Below, piece by piece: positions 44,823 to 54,260 of a DNA stretch of 64,000 nt. Below the pieces are notes generated by a model that saw only the letters and a program-made list of their open reading frames with translations, was not told the DNA's origin and did not search any database. The stretch comes from Francisella tularensis subsp. holarctica (GTDB taxonomy: Bacteria > Pseudomonadota > Gammaproteobacteria > Francisellales > CACEW01): NCBI GenBank assembly GCA_945879065.1, contig CAMCUU010000003.1:2079-66078 (forward strand), given 5' to 3'. The position numbers and the translations under genes are program-made. How positions within the stretch are numbered: position 1 is the first letter of the stretch; each line of letters begins with the position of its first letter.

Positions 44823-47800
44823 CTAAGTTGAACGGCCTCTACTTTTTGACATCGACTGACTCTCCGAATCACCCGACCCAAGCCTCCGCTCAATTTTCCC
44901 CACCCGATCCAACGCCTCCCCCATCACATCCCTGCTGAGGGTTCCCTGTTTCATCGCCGCTCGAATCTCTGCTGTATCCATTTGTGAAAGCATTGGAACA
45001 TCGGCCTGTTCAGACAGCACATTCCAACGCTCAGGATTTTTTAATTCCTTAACGAGGCCACTTTGTTCTTGCTCAATACCCTCTATTTTTTCATCCAATG
45101 ACTTTTGAAGCGCCTCATCTTCTAAATAATTAAATTTCTTGATGCCGGCTTCCATGTATTGTTCATCGAGATCAAACAATCGCTCCATTAACTCAACCGA
45201 ACTCTTATTTTTATAAAGATCCGGCTTAGCATGCTTGGTGGCCTCATCGATGATTTTATTAATTTCTCGCATTTCCACTGAGGCTAATTTTGCTGATCTT
45301 AAAAGCATGGGGTAATGTGCCGCTCTTTCTTTTTCAATTTCACTTGCCATTTTAAAAGCCTTATCAAAATCTTTTCTCTGAATCGCATTGACCAGAGAGC
45401 TAGCCCTCACTAACCTCTCGTGCGCCTTGGAATCACGTTCCAATCTCTCCGGGCTTAAGCGGTTTTTCTCAATCGCCACTGCCAATATTTCCTTGTTTTG
45501 ATAGATCTCATGACCCAAGGCGTTTTGCTTAATTTTCAGCTCTTGGAAAGCCTCATAGCCTGGATGATCCCAGAGTTTTTTATCTGATTCTAAAGAAGCT
45601 TTGAGCTGGAGATATTCCGCCCGAACTTCTTTTGAAAGATCCGCATAAGCCGCGACTTTTCGAGCCTCTTCTCGATGAAAGATTTTATTTCCTGGCTGGA
45701 GCACCCGCTCTGAAACCCGCTCCAAATAAGCCTGGTAATTAGTTAAATAGAGCCAGCTATCAATCACTTTATCTTTCAAACTAATTTTTTGAGCTGCACG
45801 ACGGGCTGATTCATCTGCATCAAATCCACGACGAATACCAAACCCCAAGGGGTAATCAATAATGGCGTCTTTAATCCCCACTCGAGATAAGCTGGTTTTT
45901 AAAGCGTCTAACGACCGATGAAATTCTTGAGAGGCGAAAATTTGAACGTTGGATATATGCCTCGACAAAGCCACGTAGGCTAAATGCCGATCCCAGCCAA
46001 AACCGTCAATAAGAACAAAAACTAAATTCTTTGTTACGCCCTGCGTCTTATGAACAGTCGCCGCATAGCCATAAGTAAAATGCTCATACTCTTTGGCTGA
46101 GAATTGAATGGTTTTTCCATTGTCTAATCTCACCGAAATCTGGGATCCAGAAATAGCTATCACAGAGCCGAAGCTACCGTTCCTCACACCCAACTGCTTA
46201 TTATTTTTTAAGAATAAGAGCCTCTCATTGACGCCAACTTCTAATACCCGGCCATCCAATTTGAAAACCTTCGGATCCATGATCCAGCTTTGTTTTAGAA
46301 TTTCTTCACGGGCTAGAAGATTCAATTCAACGACGCTCTTATTTTGATGCGCCAAAATAATTCGGTTCGGTAAATTCTCGAGACTTACGTCACTCGCCCA
46401 ACGGCTGACTAAATCTTTTGAGCTTTTTGCTTTATCTTCTGCAAAATGAATATGTCCGGCTTGATGGTAATAATCCAGCGCCCTTCCCGTCTGGCCATTG
46501 GATAGGTCACCCGTTGCAATGCGATGCGCTTCAATTCGTTGCCTCAGGATTTCATCCATTTCAACAAAGGGTACAGTGCTCATTAAAGATTTAAGCCCTG
46601 ACCCTGCGCCTAAGGATTGAGTTTGCTCCAGGTCCCCAATGACGGATAATTTTGAACCTGTTTTTGAAACAAGATTAACTAATTTGGCCATGTCATCACT
46701 GTCCGTCATACCCGCTTCATCCATCACAACAATGTCATTGGCATCTAATTTTAAATAGCCCCGCTCCAGGCGATATTTAAAAGCGTGAATCGTATTTGAA
46801 CTAATCCCGGCATCATTTTCTAATCCTTCTGCCGCAATGCCTGATAAAGATATTCCATGGACTTTAAACCCGGACGATTCCCAAATGTCTTTGGCGACTT
46901 TCATCATATAAGTCTTACCAGTCCCTGCTTTACCGGCGACTAAGCTCAAATCTCCACCCAAGACAATCGCTCTCAGCGCCTTCGCTTGAGAGTTATTCAG
47001 GCCATATTCCGAAATCTTCTGTTCAACAAGTTTCTTATTCACAGAATGCGAATATTTCAAAGACAGCTTCTCAGCCTGATCCAACATCTTGGCTTCTTGT
47101 TTAAACCGATAAATGGTTGTGTAGTGATCTCGGCCGTCTTCACCCACGCCCAAATTAATTAAATGCTCATGGGCTTTAACCTTAGCAAAGAGATTTAAAA
47201 AATCTTCATGGGACTCAGCGCGTTCATGAAGTATTTTTTGAATATCCCGCTCTGAAAAAACGGCATGCTTGGCTTCTAAATTTCGAACCAATTGATCAAT
47301 CTCAGCTTTAGAAATCTCGACCTTCTCAGGCAAGTATTTATGAATTTCATAGGCTAAATGATGAGCATGAAAACGCTCTTGAGTCTGGGCCATCTTATGC
47401 AACAAGGCCTCAGGATTTTCATGAATATGGGCATAATTTTGAGATCGAATCTCTTTATTCATGGCAATGCGTTCTAATTCAATCCCGCGTTCGTTCATGT
47501 TTTTAGTGCCAATGCCTTCATGGATACTGGGCTGAAGATCCACGCCTTGATCGACAAAACTGCGATGATCAATCTTGGTCTCAAATCCATGGCTCTTAAG
47601 ATGCGTATTGGCATAATTGGCCCATTGAGCTCTTAGCGAATGCAAAAATTCTTTTTTATTCCATTCAACAACTTTTAAGCCAAAGCCATCGGCTAATAAC
47701 TCTCGCATAGTCAGCATGACATGCACGTGAGGATTCCCATCCTCCCAGTGAATTGCGAAATCCGCGATCATTCCTTTCTGAACAAACTGGTCTTTTATAA

Positions 47801-48167
47801 AACTTCTAGCTAGCGCTAAGTTTTGATCTTCATTGAGCTCAATGGGCAAAGAAAATTCAAATTCACGGGCTAATTGCGAATCTTTTCTTTTTTCAAATAA
47901 TTCAACTTTGTTCCAAAGTGTCTCTGAGGCTAGGTGAGTTTTTTCAGAATCGATTTCTGAAGAAACCGCCAAACTTTTCACCCATTGAGGCGAACTCTCA
48001 GGAACCATCACTTCGCAATGAATGACATTTTGTTTACTCGAATAATTATGAGTCTCTCCTAAATATTCATCGAACATCTTGGCGGCATGACGATAGGCAG
48101 CCGCTTTTACGACACTTCTGCCCTCTGAACGCTTAATGATTTTTGCTGTGAAGTGATAAATGGCCAT
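44823..48167 (-). CDS. traA: conjugative relaxase, Ti-type TraA (MobA/MobL N-terminus + TraA/RecD-like helicase)
   Basis: MAIYHFTAKIIKRSEGRSVVKAAAYR and HWEDGNPHVHVM (3-His motif). Helicase Walker A GKAGTGKT and VVMDEAGM. The start is taken at the conserved MAIYH rather than the upstream ATG at 48197. Confidence 0.85.
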   Translation of the reverse strand: MAIYHFTAKIIKRSEGRSVVKAAAYRHAAKMFDEYLGETHNYSSKQNVIHCEVMVPESSPQWVKSLAVSSEIDSEKTHLASETLWNKVELFEKRKDSQLAREFEFSLPIELNEDQNLALARSFIKDQFVQKGMIADFAIHWEDGNPHVHVMLTMRELLADGFGLKVVEWNKKEFLHSLRAQWANYANTHLKSHGFETKIDHRSFVDQGVDLQPSIHEGIGTKNMNERGIELERIAMNKEIRSQNYAHIHENPEALLHKMAQTQERFHAHHLAYEIHKYLPEKVEISKAEIDQLVRNLEAKHAVFSERDIQKILHERAESHEDFLNLFAKVKAHEHLINLGVGEDGRDHYTTIYRFKQEAKMLDQAEKLSLKYSHSVNKKLVEQKISEYGLNNSQAKALRAIVLGGDLSLVAGKAGTGKTYMMKVAKDIWESSGFKVHGISLSGIAAEGLENDAGISSNTIHAFKYRLERGYLKLDANDIVVMDEAGMTDSDDMAKLVNLVSKTGSKLSVIGDLEQTQSLGAGSGLKSLMSTVPFVEMDEILRQRIEAHRIATGDLSNGQTGRALDYYHQAGHIHFAEDKAKSSKDLVSRWASDVSLENLPNRIILAHQNKSVVELNLLAREEILKQSWIMDPKVFKLDGRVLEVGVNERLLFLKNNKQLGVRNGSFGSVIAISGSQISVRLDNGKTIQFSAKEYEHFTYGYAATVHKTQGVTKNLVFVLIDGFGWDRHLAYVALSRHISNVQIFASQEFHRSLDALKTSLSRVGIKDAIIDYPLGFGIRRGFDADESARRAAQKISLKDKVIDSWLYLTNYQAYLERVSERVLQPGNKIFHREEARKVAAYADLSKEVRAEYLQLKASLESDKKLWDHPGYEAFQELKIKQNALGHEIYQNKEILAVAIEKNRLSPERLERDSKAHERLVRASSLVNAIQRKDFDKAFKMASEIEKERAAHYPMLLRSAKLASVEMREINKIIDEATKHAKPDLYKNKSSVELMERLFDLDEQYMEAGIKKFNYLEDEALQKSLDEKIEGIEQEQSGLVKELKNPERWNVLSEQADVPMLSQMDTAEIRAAMKQGTLSRDVMGEALDRVGKIERRLGSGDSESQSMSKSRGRST

Positions 48168-48197
48168 AACGCCGAGCACTCTACATAAAAAGCACAA

Positions 48198-48223
48198 TGT
48201 TGCAAAGCAACATATAAGTGCGC
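48198..48223 (+). other. candidate oriT core: inverted repeat + MOBQ-like nic sequence
   Basis: IR tgttgc-aaa-gcaaca (48198-48212), then TAAGTGCGC (48215-48223), resembling the RSF1010/R1162 nic region GGTAAGTGCGCCCT (from memory). Lies between divergent traA and traC/D. Confidence 0.55.
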
Positions 48224-48248
48224 ATTTTCTTAAAAATCAAAATGAGCA

Positions 48249-48288
48249 GGATCTAATTCATTAGATCCAAAAATTCTTTCGAATTTTT
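48249..48288. repeat. two adjacent perfect inverted repeats in the oriT/promoter region
   Basis: ggatctaat-tc-attagatcc has 9-bp arms. It is followed by aaaaattc-tttc-gaattttt with 8-bp arms. Confidence 0.6.
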
Positions 48289-48415
48289 ATTCGTTACTGC
48301 TTCGCAGTGCTTTTATTTTATATTTGATATGACAGATTCGTGTGCGCCATTTTATATGGCTAATCATTTTCCATAGAATTAAGAAAGGTATAAAACAATA
48401 ACGAGGAGCTCTCTC

Positions 48416-48667
48416 ATGCCAGATTCAAAATCGATGACACGCCGTAAAATCTCTTTCCAAGAAAAACGCTCAAAAATTCAAGATGAATTAGAAGCCATGA
48501 AACGAAGACTGGCTGATATAGAAGATAAAAGAAAAAATGAATTAGGTTCCTTACTTTTAAAATGCGGATTGGCTGATTACGACGATTCTATTTTAGAGTC
48601 CGAGTTCAAAGCCATTTCTGAAAAATTAAAAAATATTAAAACAGCGACAAAAGAAATTTCCGCATGA
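48416..48667 (+). CDS. TraC-like conjugal transfer accessory protein (83 aa)
   Basis: Small coiled-coil protein with ELGSLLLKCGL motif. Position matches traC of Ti-type Dtr loci. GAGGAG RBS. Confidence 0.5.
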   Translation: MPDSKSMTRRKISFQEKRSKIQDELEAMKRRLADIEDKRKNELGSLLLKCGLADYDDSILESEFKAISEKLKNIKTATKEISA

Positions 48668-48948
48668 GTAGCGCTGAAGAATTTGTAAAGGCTCGTCAAA
48701 AAGTGGCGAGCCTTCAATCAAAATTGGCTATCAATGCCAAACAATTAAGAAAGATTGATACTCGCCATAAAATAGAATTAGGGGGCTTAGTGCTTAAAGC
48801 CGGTTTCGGAGAAACTTCCAAATCTATTATTTTAGGCGCCCTACTTTCAGCCATGGAACAAATGCAAAGAGAGCCTGAAGCAAAAAAATTATTTCAACTC
48901 AAAGGCGAAGCGGCGTTTATGGGGTTTTCTGAAAAAAGTGAGTCATAG
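48664..48948 (+). CDS. TraD-like conjugal transfer accessory protein (94 aa)
   Basis: HKIELGGLVLKAGFGE...ILGALL resembles Ti TraD (KIELGGLIVKAGL, from memory). ATGA overlap with the upstream gene. Confidence 0.6.
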   Translation: MSSAEEFVKARQKVASLQSKLAINAKQLRKIDTRHKIELGGLVLKAGFGETSKSIILGALLSAMEQMQREPEAKKLFQLKGEAAFMGFSEKSES

Positions 48949-49534
48949 ATTCAAACCAATTCGAGAAAGTCTGAGTGGTGACAAAGGGCCGAATTACGCC
49001 TTGAATATTTGCTCGATCCACCCCGCCATAGAATCTCGAATCCCAGGAATACTCAGGATCATTAGCGCCATACAACCAGTATTGATTCGTGCTTTTAATA
49101 GTTTTGATGGAATAAGAACTCATGGGCTGCCCATTCATATCAAATTTGATAAAGGGCGCGTAGTAAAAAATCTGATTAACCGATATCCCCTCTTGGGTGA
49201 TTTGAACTGCATCGCCAGGGGCGGCAATCAATTCTTTAATCACGGGCTCAAAGCCACCCGCGCAAGAACCTTTGTTCAAATAGCCACGCTGAAGTCCCTG
49301 CTCTCCAATGATTCTGGGAAGACACACTTCGACCGTCTGGCCTCGTTGGAGTTTTCCTGGATGAGAGACTTGGTAATAAAGCCCAATGGGCATAGAAGGC
49401 GTGAAATTAAACCGCATGTGAAAAACGCCCATCAAAGCGAGCAGCGTGATGACGACTAAAACAGCCACGACCCATCGCCAATTTTCTTTAAATTTAACTT
49501 TGCCCATTCTCATTGGCGCCCTCTTCTCTCTCAC
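48917..49534 (-). CDS. traF: TraF-type conjugative signal peptidase (S26 family)
   Basis: FNFTPSMPIGLYY and SWDSRFYGGV motifs, with an N-terminal TM. The start may be M8 or M10 rather than M1. Confidence 0.8.
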   Translation of the reverse strand: MREKRAPMRMGKVKFKENWRWVVAVLVVITLLALMGVFHMRFNFTPSMPIGLYYQVSHPGKLQRGQTVEVCLPRIIGEQGLQRGYLNKGSCAGGFEPVIKELIAAPGDAVQITQEGISVNQIFYYAPFIKFDMNGQPMSSYSIKTIKSTNQYWLYGANDPEYSWDSRFYGGVDRANIQGVIRPFVTTQTFSNWFESMTHFFQKTP

Positions 49535-50666
49535 CTGGTATTCATTGCCTAGTATCGGCCTGCTAGTTCTATTTCCTGCCCTCTGGCTACTTTGGAAAAC
49601 TCGACTTCAGTCCAGTTCGTTTATTGTTAGTTTCTGGTTATTCACCGACTGGGAGATTATTTCAGACACCGCTGGCTTTTTCTCCAACGAGCCATTCAGC
49701 CTATCGATGGGCGTTGCTATTTGGCTAGCTCAAGCCATTTTATATTCCGCCCCCTGGGTGATCTTCTATTCGAAAGATAAAAATTGGCTCAATCTTTCTC
49801 TGAGGACATTAAGCCTGCTTATTATTCTCACCCTGCCGCCTCTGGGTTATTTCTTTTGGTTGAGTCCCCTGGCCAGTGCAGGCGCGTTATTTCCAGGATT
49901 GGGATGGCCTGGATTATGTCTTGCGATTCTTTTGATTATCCTGTTCGTCAACCTTCCCCATAGCAAAAATAAAATTTATTTAATCATTCCAATCTCTATT
50001 TTGTTAGTGACTTCCATGTTGGCGAATTTAGCTTATCTCCCACCTTCAGCACCGAAAGATTGGATTGCCATCAATACAAAACTAGGCGGAACGCCTGCGA
50101 ATATTTTTGAACTTCCCACCCGAGAATCCCAATTAATTTCACTCGCTCAGAAGGCTTTAGATAAAAATTATAAAGTCATTATTTTCCCAGAAAATATTGC
50201 TCTCGACTGGCTACCTGGGACTCAGTTCCAGTGGCAAGATTTAAATCAACAGGCCCAACAAAAAGGCTCAACGATTGTTTTAGGCGCTCAGCAGGACTTA
50301 AAAGACGGGTCTTCTAACAACGTTCTGATCGTATTAGGTCAAGGCCATGACTCTATTTATCCAGCTCGCCAACCCATGCCCATTGGACTCTGGCAGCCGT
50401 GGAAATCCAAAACAGATAATCACCACTGGAACTTACCTGGGAAATTCGTATTACAGGGCCAAGAGACGGGCTATTTGATTTGCTACGAGCAAATTGTCCC
50501 ATGGCCAATTTTAAGTCTGTTTCTACAAGCGCCCCACCCTTTGGTGATTATCAGCGCGGCGAATCAGTGGTTTTCGATGCCCAGTGGCTATCTTAAACAG
50601 AGTAATCATATGAAAGCGTTTGCCAGATTGTTTGGAGTGGCGACGGTGGCATCTGTGAATAAGTGA
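49446..50666 (+). CDS. TraB-like polytopic membrane protein with Lnt/CN-hydrolase-like C-terminal domain
   Basis: About six TM helices, then VIIFPENIA...ICYEQIVPW, which resembles apolipoprotein N-acyltransferase. Divergent from traF. Start uncertain. Confidence 0.5.
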   Translation: MMTTKTATTHRQFSLNLTLPILIGALFSLTWYSLPSIGLLVLFPALWLLWKTRLQSSSFIVSFWLFTDWEIISDTAGFFSNEPFSLSMGVAIWLAQAILYSAPWVIFYSKDKNWLNLSLRTLSLLIILTLPPLGYFFWLSPLASAGALFPGLGWPGLCLAILLIILFVNLPHSKNKIYLIIPISILLVTSMLANLAYLPPSAPKDWIAINTKLGGTPANIFELPTRESQLISLAQKALDKNYKVIIFPENIALDWLPGTQFQWQDLNQQAQQKGSTIVLGAQQDLKDGSSNNVLIVLGQGHDSIYPARQPMPIGLWQPWKSKTDNHHWNLPGKFVLQGQETGYLICYEQIVPWPILSLFLQAPHPLVIISAANQWFSMPSGYLKQSNHMKAFARLFGVATVASVNK

Positions 50667-50734
50667 AAAAAATTTACTCTTTAAAATCTAAAGAGGAAAA
50701 TGCGCGCTTTTATAAAAACAACTTAAGCTAATAA

Positions 50735-51585
50735 ATGAATTTCGAAGATATTTTCAAAACGTATGAAAAATTTATTGAATACGCTGTCAGCAAAACAGAT
50801 TTATCAACTAGAGGCGAGGACTTACAAAACATTAAAGAATCTGGCGGAATGACAGAAGAAATTATCAAAAATTTCTTTGCTCAATTCATACCAAAACGAT
50901 ATGCAATAACTTCAGGTTACATCATCAGATCCAATGATAAAGATAAAGAACCAATCATATCTTCTCAGCTAGATATGATTGTCGTAGACACACTAGTCCC
51001 CCACTCTTTTTGTAATTTAGATGACAAGGCCTCAGTCCAAGTTGTTCCCTGGGAATGTGTTGTCGCGGTTTTTGAAATAAAAAGAACGCTTAACGCAAAA
51101 ACTATTAAAGAAGCGCTAAATGTTTTTAGAAAATTAAAAACAAGAGAAATACTACCGAAAGAAAAAAATTGAAAGGCTACGTAGATTCGCCTGGTGGCGC
51201 TATGCAACTGAGAGGCCAAGATAAAGAAAAACTAGACTTCAACCCCATTTTTGGAATTCTTGGGCTTCAAGATAGCTTAGGAAAAGGTAAAAGAGATTTT
51301 CTATTCAAAACAGTAAAAGACCTAGCTGATTTAAAGATCGATATTATTTTTTCTTTTTCTGGATTGTTATTCTCAAGTTACCTGGATGGAGAACCTTATT
51401 TTCAAGCCTCTAAATATGAGGAAAAAGACAGAAAATACAAAGAAGATCGTTATGGATTTTCACCTCACTCTGAGCAAATAAAAATTATTTCGGAGACCAT
51501 AGGTTTTATACAATGGAACATCCAACTTCTAAATGGTCTTAGATGCAACAGCAAAAATTATTTCTGGAATAAAATCATTCCTTGA
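50735..51585 (+). pseudogene. PD-(D/E)xK-like nuclease-fold gene (DUF6602-like), split by a frameshift
   Basis: ORFs 50735-51172 and 51169-51585 abut at gaaaaaaattga, an A7 run. QLDMIVVD...VAVFEIKRTL looks like a D...ExK motif. The combined ~283 aa fits a single protein. Confidence 0.45.
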
Positions 51586-51640
51586 ACTCACCCCTAAGCC
51601 GCTTCCAGATCAATATGAACCGTTTGCCAAAAAAAATGAC

Positions 51641-52222
51641 TCAATCTCCATAAACCCAATCTAAAACTTGAGGAAGTTTTTCCCAGTAAATATCGTAAGG
51701 CTGCAAATCTTTAATTTGATGAGCCAGCATGCTCTCCCATTCCTTCGTCAACTCTTGAAGCTCAGGCCTAGTCTGAAGTTCATCCATTTTTGGCAACCCA
51801 ATTTTCTTAAATTCGCATTTCTCTTTTAGGCAAAGAAAAATCTGGTTTCTGTCGGCCTGCGATCTCTTTCGTTCAAATAAACAAACGACATCATACAAAT
51901 CACGAGGCCTCATCCGCTCCACTAATGCTCTTAACTTTTCAGCAAAGATTTCTTCCAAGCAATAAGACTGAATGCTGGCTTTTAGCCCATCTGAATAAGG
52001 GTGATGAATAGGACTCAGGGCAGCTGGAAAAACTAATTTTTCATGATGAGTCAAATCCAGCTTAATTCTCGCCCAGTCTCCTTGTCGCCTTAGCGGGCCT
52101 CTAAAACCAAGTCGACCTTCAACAGCCACGCCTCTTTTTGGCGTTTGAAATTCCTCAAATCGAATATCTGAATTTAATATCTCTATGCCTGAATTTTCAT
52201 AGATCCACTCTGAAATATTCAA
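51641..52222 (-). pseudogene. N-terminally truncated AbiEii-like nucleotidyltransferase remnant
   Basis: EIFAEKLRALVERMRPRDLYDV matches the AbiEii C-terminal half. The GGTAL/DID NTase motifs are absent. The frame is closed by a stop 7 codons upstream of a TTG. Confidence 0.6.
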
Positions 52223-52514
52223 AAAAGTTTTTTTAGAAATTCAAAAAGAATTTAGCTCTTTTGATACTTATCTTTGGGGCTTTGTTCAAAATCAGCCGAT
52301 TAAAAATCACTGGAAGAATTTTTCAGAAGCCCCAGTCAAAACTACGGAAAGTGATGCCCTATCCAAAGATCTTAGAAAACGCGGGATGAATTTCGTTGGA
52401 TCAACCATTATCTATGTATTTATGCAGGCAATTGGCATGGTTAATGATCATCTGATGGATTGTTGGAAATATGACAAAAAAAATCAAAATATATATAAGA
52501 AATATATGTTTTGA
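52221..52514 (+). pseudogene. tag: C-terminal remnant of DNA-3-methyladenine glycosylase I
   Basis: Translation FDTYLWGFVQNQP...SDALSKDLRKRGMNFVGSTIIYVFMQAIGMVNDHLMDCW aligns with the E. coli Tag C-terminus (from memory). There is no start and no N-terminal ~100 aa. Confidence 0.7.
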
Positions 52515-52536
52515 CTTGAAGCGTCAAAAATATTCT

Positions 52537-52749
52537 TCATTCATATCCAAGCTTAAGTTTTTGGGCTTCTTCCATTAATTTTTCCAAGGTTTTAGATCTT
52601 AATTCAAAAAAATTTTCTACTGACACCGGCTCTGTTTTAACTTCAGGAATAGAAAGATTTTTTTGTGCAGCGACTAACTCTCTCTCCTTCAAAAGCCCTT
52701 CTTCTTCCAAGAAACTATTTAAGCTGCTTCCAATATGCTTTTTCTTCAT
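52537..52749 (-). CDS. small hypothetical protein (70 aa)
   Basis: The N-terminal MKKKHIGSSLNSFLEEEGLL motif resembles N-termini of some plasmid antitoxin/HTH proteins, but no HTH follows. Confidence 0.35.
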   Translation of the reverse strand: MKKKHIGSSLNSFLEEEGLLKERELVAAQKNLSIPEVKTEPVSVENFFELRSKTLEKLMEEAQKLKLGYE

Positions 52750-52796
52750 AAGCCCAACCTGTTTTTCTTTCTTATTTAAAAATCAAATATGATAAT

Positions 52797-52844
52797 AACA
52801 CATTGAAAAATATTGCTTATATTTAAATTTTACCGGGTAAAATC
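52797..52844 (-). repeat. 48-bp inverted repeat, left copy, flanking the rep-par module
   Basis: The reverse complement gattttacccggtaaaattt...caatgtgtt shares its first 20 and last 9 nt exactly with 57499-57546. Contains the near-palindrome attttacc-n-ggtaaaat. Confidence 0.65.
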
Positions 52845-52848
52845 ATCT

Positions 52849-54171
52849 TTATTCAGTAATTAAAGTCTCTTTTAAAGAAGCTTCAAATGTTTCCATACTC
52901 TTGATGGACTCTGAAAGCGCTGACTGAGAGAGTAAATAGGAATGAAAAGCTCTTTTAACCAGAGGCGATTCCATGGGGTTTCTTTTTTTCTTGGCTAATT
53001 TATCGACAGCTGTTGCTTGTTCAATCACGTCTTGTTTCTCGGCAAGGAAGTCAGCTGTGAATTTAGCAAGACTCACTTCATCTAAATTTTCTAAAAATTT
53101 AGATACTTCAAGATTGACATATTTCTGATATTTCTCTTTGAGGTCATCTAATGTTCGGCGAATATTTGTATCGCTCTCTTCTTTTTTGCGCTTGCTAGAT
53201 TTTTCAACTTTTACGTCAAAAGCAGCCACTTCTTTAGAAAATCCTTCTTTAATAGCTTTAACGACATAACCCGCAATATTTCCTCGCTTGTCTTTATAGG
53301 CTGAAGTATTCCTCACATAGTCAATGCCAGAAAATATTTTCTCAAGAGGAACGGTCAACAACAAATGCTCAACCATTCTTTTTTCAACACTAAATTCATT
53401 AACTAAAATCTCTTCTGCTCTTAATGCCCTTTCATCATTGATAGTCTCTGATAAAGGAAGCTGCCGTTTATATTCAACATTGAATTTAACATGAGTGACT
53501 GAAGTTCCTTTTTTCTGAAATTCAGGATCCACTTTAATATCTGAGACCGAATTAATTTCAGTAATCGCTGGTTTCAAAACCCATTTATTAAAATCTTTAT
53601 AGGATTCGTAGCGTTTTTCAACTCCAAAAATATCTCTTAAATCTTGGACAGAGAACCAGCGTGTCCCACCAGGGCTCGTGACGTAACGGAGGCATTGCTC
53701 ATATAGAACCAGGGAATAAACACTGGCAAATTTCGACTGCATATCCAATGTTAACGAAGCATATTGCTGTGGATAATGAAAAAGATCAGGAATGCCATCT
53801 CCAAATTTCCAACAAAATTCTCTTGTTTCTGCATTCCATCTTAAACTCGAGATAAGAACAGAGCGTTGGTAACTTTTTGATTCATCAACCTTTGGGACAT
53901 CTCCAAAGGCATTCCAAGTAAATATAATTTTTTGCAAATCTTCAAAAGCCGTACTGAGTAGCTTCCAGTTATTTCCTGTGTAACCAAAATAGGTATGGAG
54001 AGTATCAATATGGATCTTATGCCAATCACCTGTTTTTAATTCATTATAAACATGGTAAACGCAAACATTGATCAGCTTTCTCGCAACGAGACTCACAGCA
54101 GAAGAAGGTTTGCATTGAATGCCAGCAACACTCTTCTTCAACTTCAGCTGTTTATCATCAGAGGTCATCAC
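52849..54171 (-). CDS. plasmid replication initiator (Rep, iteron-binding type)
   Basis: 440-aa ORF adjacent to the iteron array, with an iteron copy in its own promoter. N-terminal region typical of wHTH Rep proteins. GGGAG RBS. Confidence 0.7.
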   Translation of the reverse strand: MMTSDDKQLKLKKSVAGIQCKPSSAVSLVARKLINVCVYHVYNELKTGDWHKIHIDTLHTYFGYTGNNWKLLSTAFEDLQKIIFTWNAFGDVPKVDESKSYQRSVLISSLRWNAETREFCWKFGDGIPDLFHYPQQYASLTLDMQSKFASVYSLVLYEQCLRYVTSPGGTRWFSVQDLRDIFGVEKRYESYKDFNKWVLKPAITEINSVSDIKVDPEFQKKGTSVTHVKFNVEYKRQLPLSETINDERALRAEEILVNEFSVEKRMVEHLLLTVPLEKIFSGIDYVRNTSAYKDKRGNIAGYVVKAIKEGFSKEVAAFDVKVEKSSKRKKEESDTNIRRTLDDLKEKYQKYVNLEVSKFLENLDEVSLAKFTADFLAEKQDVIEQATAVDKLAKKKRNPMESPLVKRAFHSYLLSQSALSESIKSMETFEASLKETLITE

Positions 54172-54207
54172 TACTCCCTAATCAGTCTCGTACAACATAA
54201 AAAATTA

Positions 54208-54227
54208 AAGGAGGAGAGATTGCACAG
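54208..54227 (-). repeat. single inverted iteron copy in the rep leader
   Basis: aaaggaggagagattgcacag is the reverse complement of the iteron ctgtgcaatctctcctccttt. It lies between the rep promoter and the RBS. Confidence 0.75.
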
Positions 54228-54260
54228 AAATACTGATCTCTCCCACCAATAGCAGCAAGA

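Noticed and set aside
48168-48197. A 10-codon N-terminal extension of the relaxase (MCFLCRVLGV) suggested by the ORF track.
   Set aside because: MobA/TraA relaxases start at the conserved MAIYH. The extension would run up to the edge of the oriT inverted repeat.
48938-49459. 173-aa plus-strand ORF antisense to traF.
   Set aside because: The minus-strand frame carries unmistakable S26/TraF motifs. The plus-strand translation has no recognisable features.
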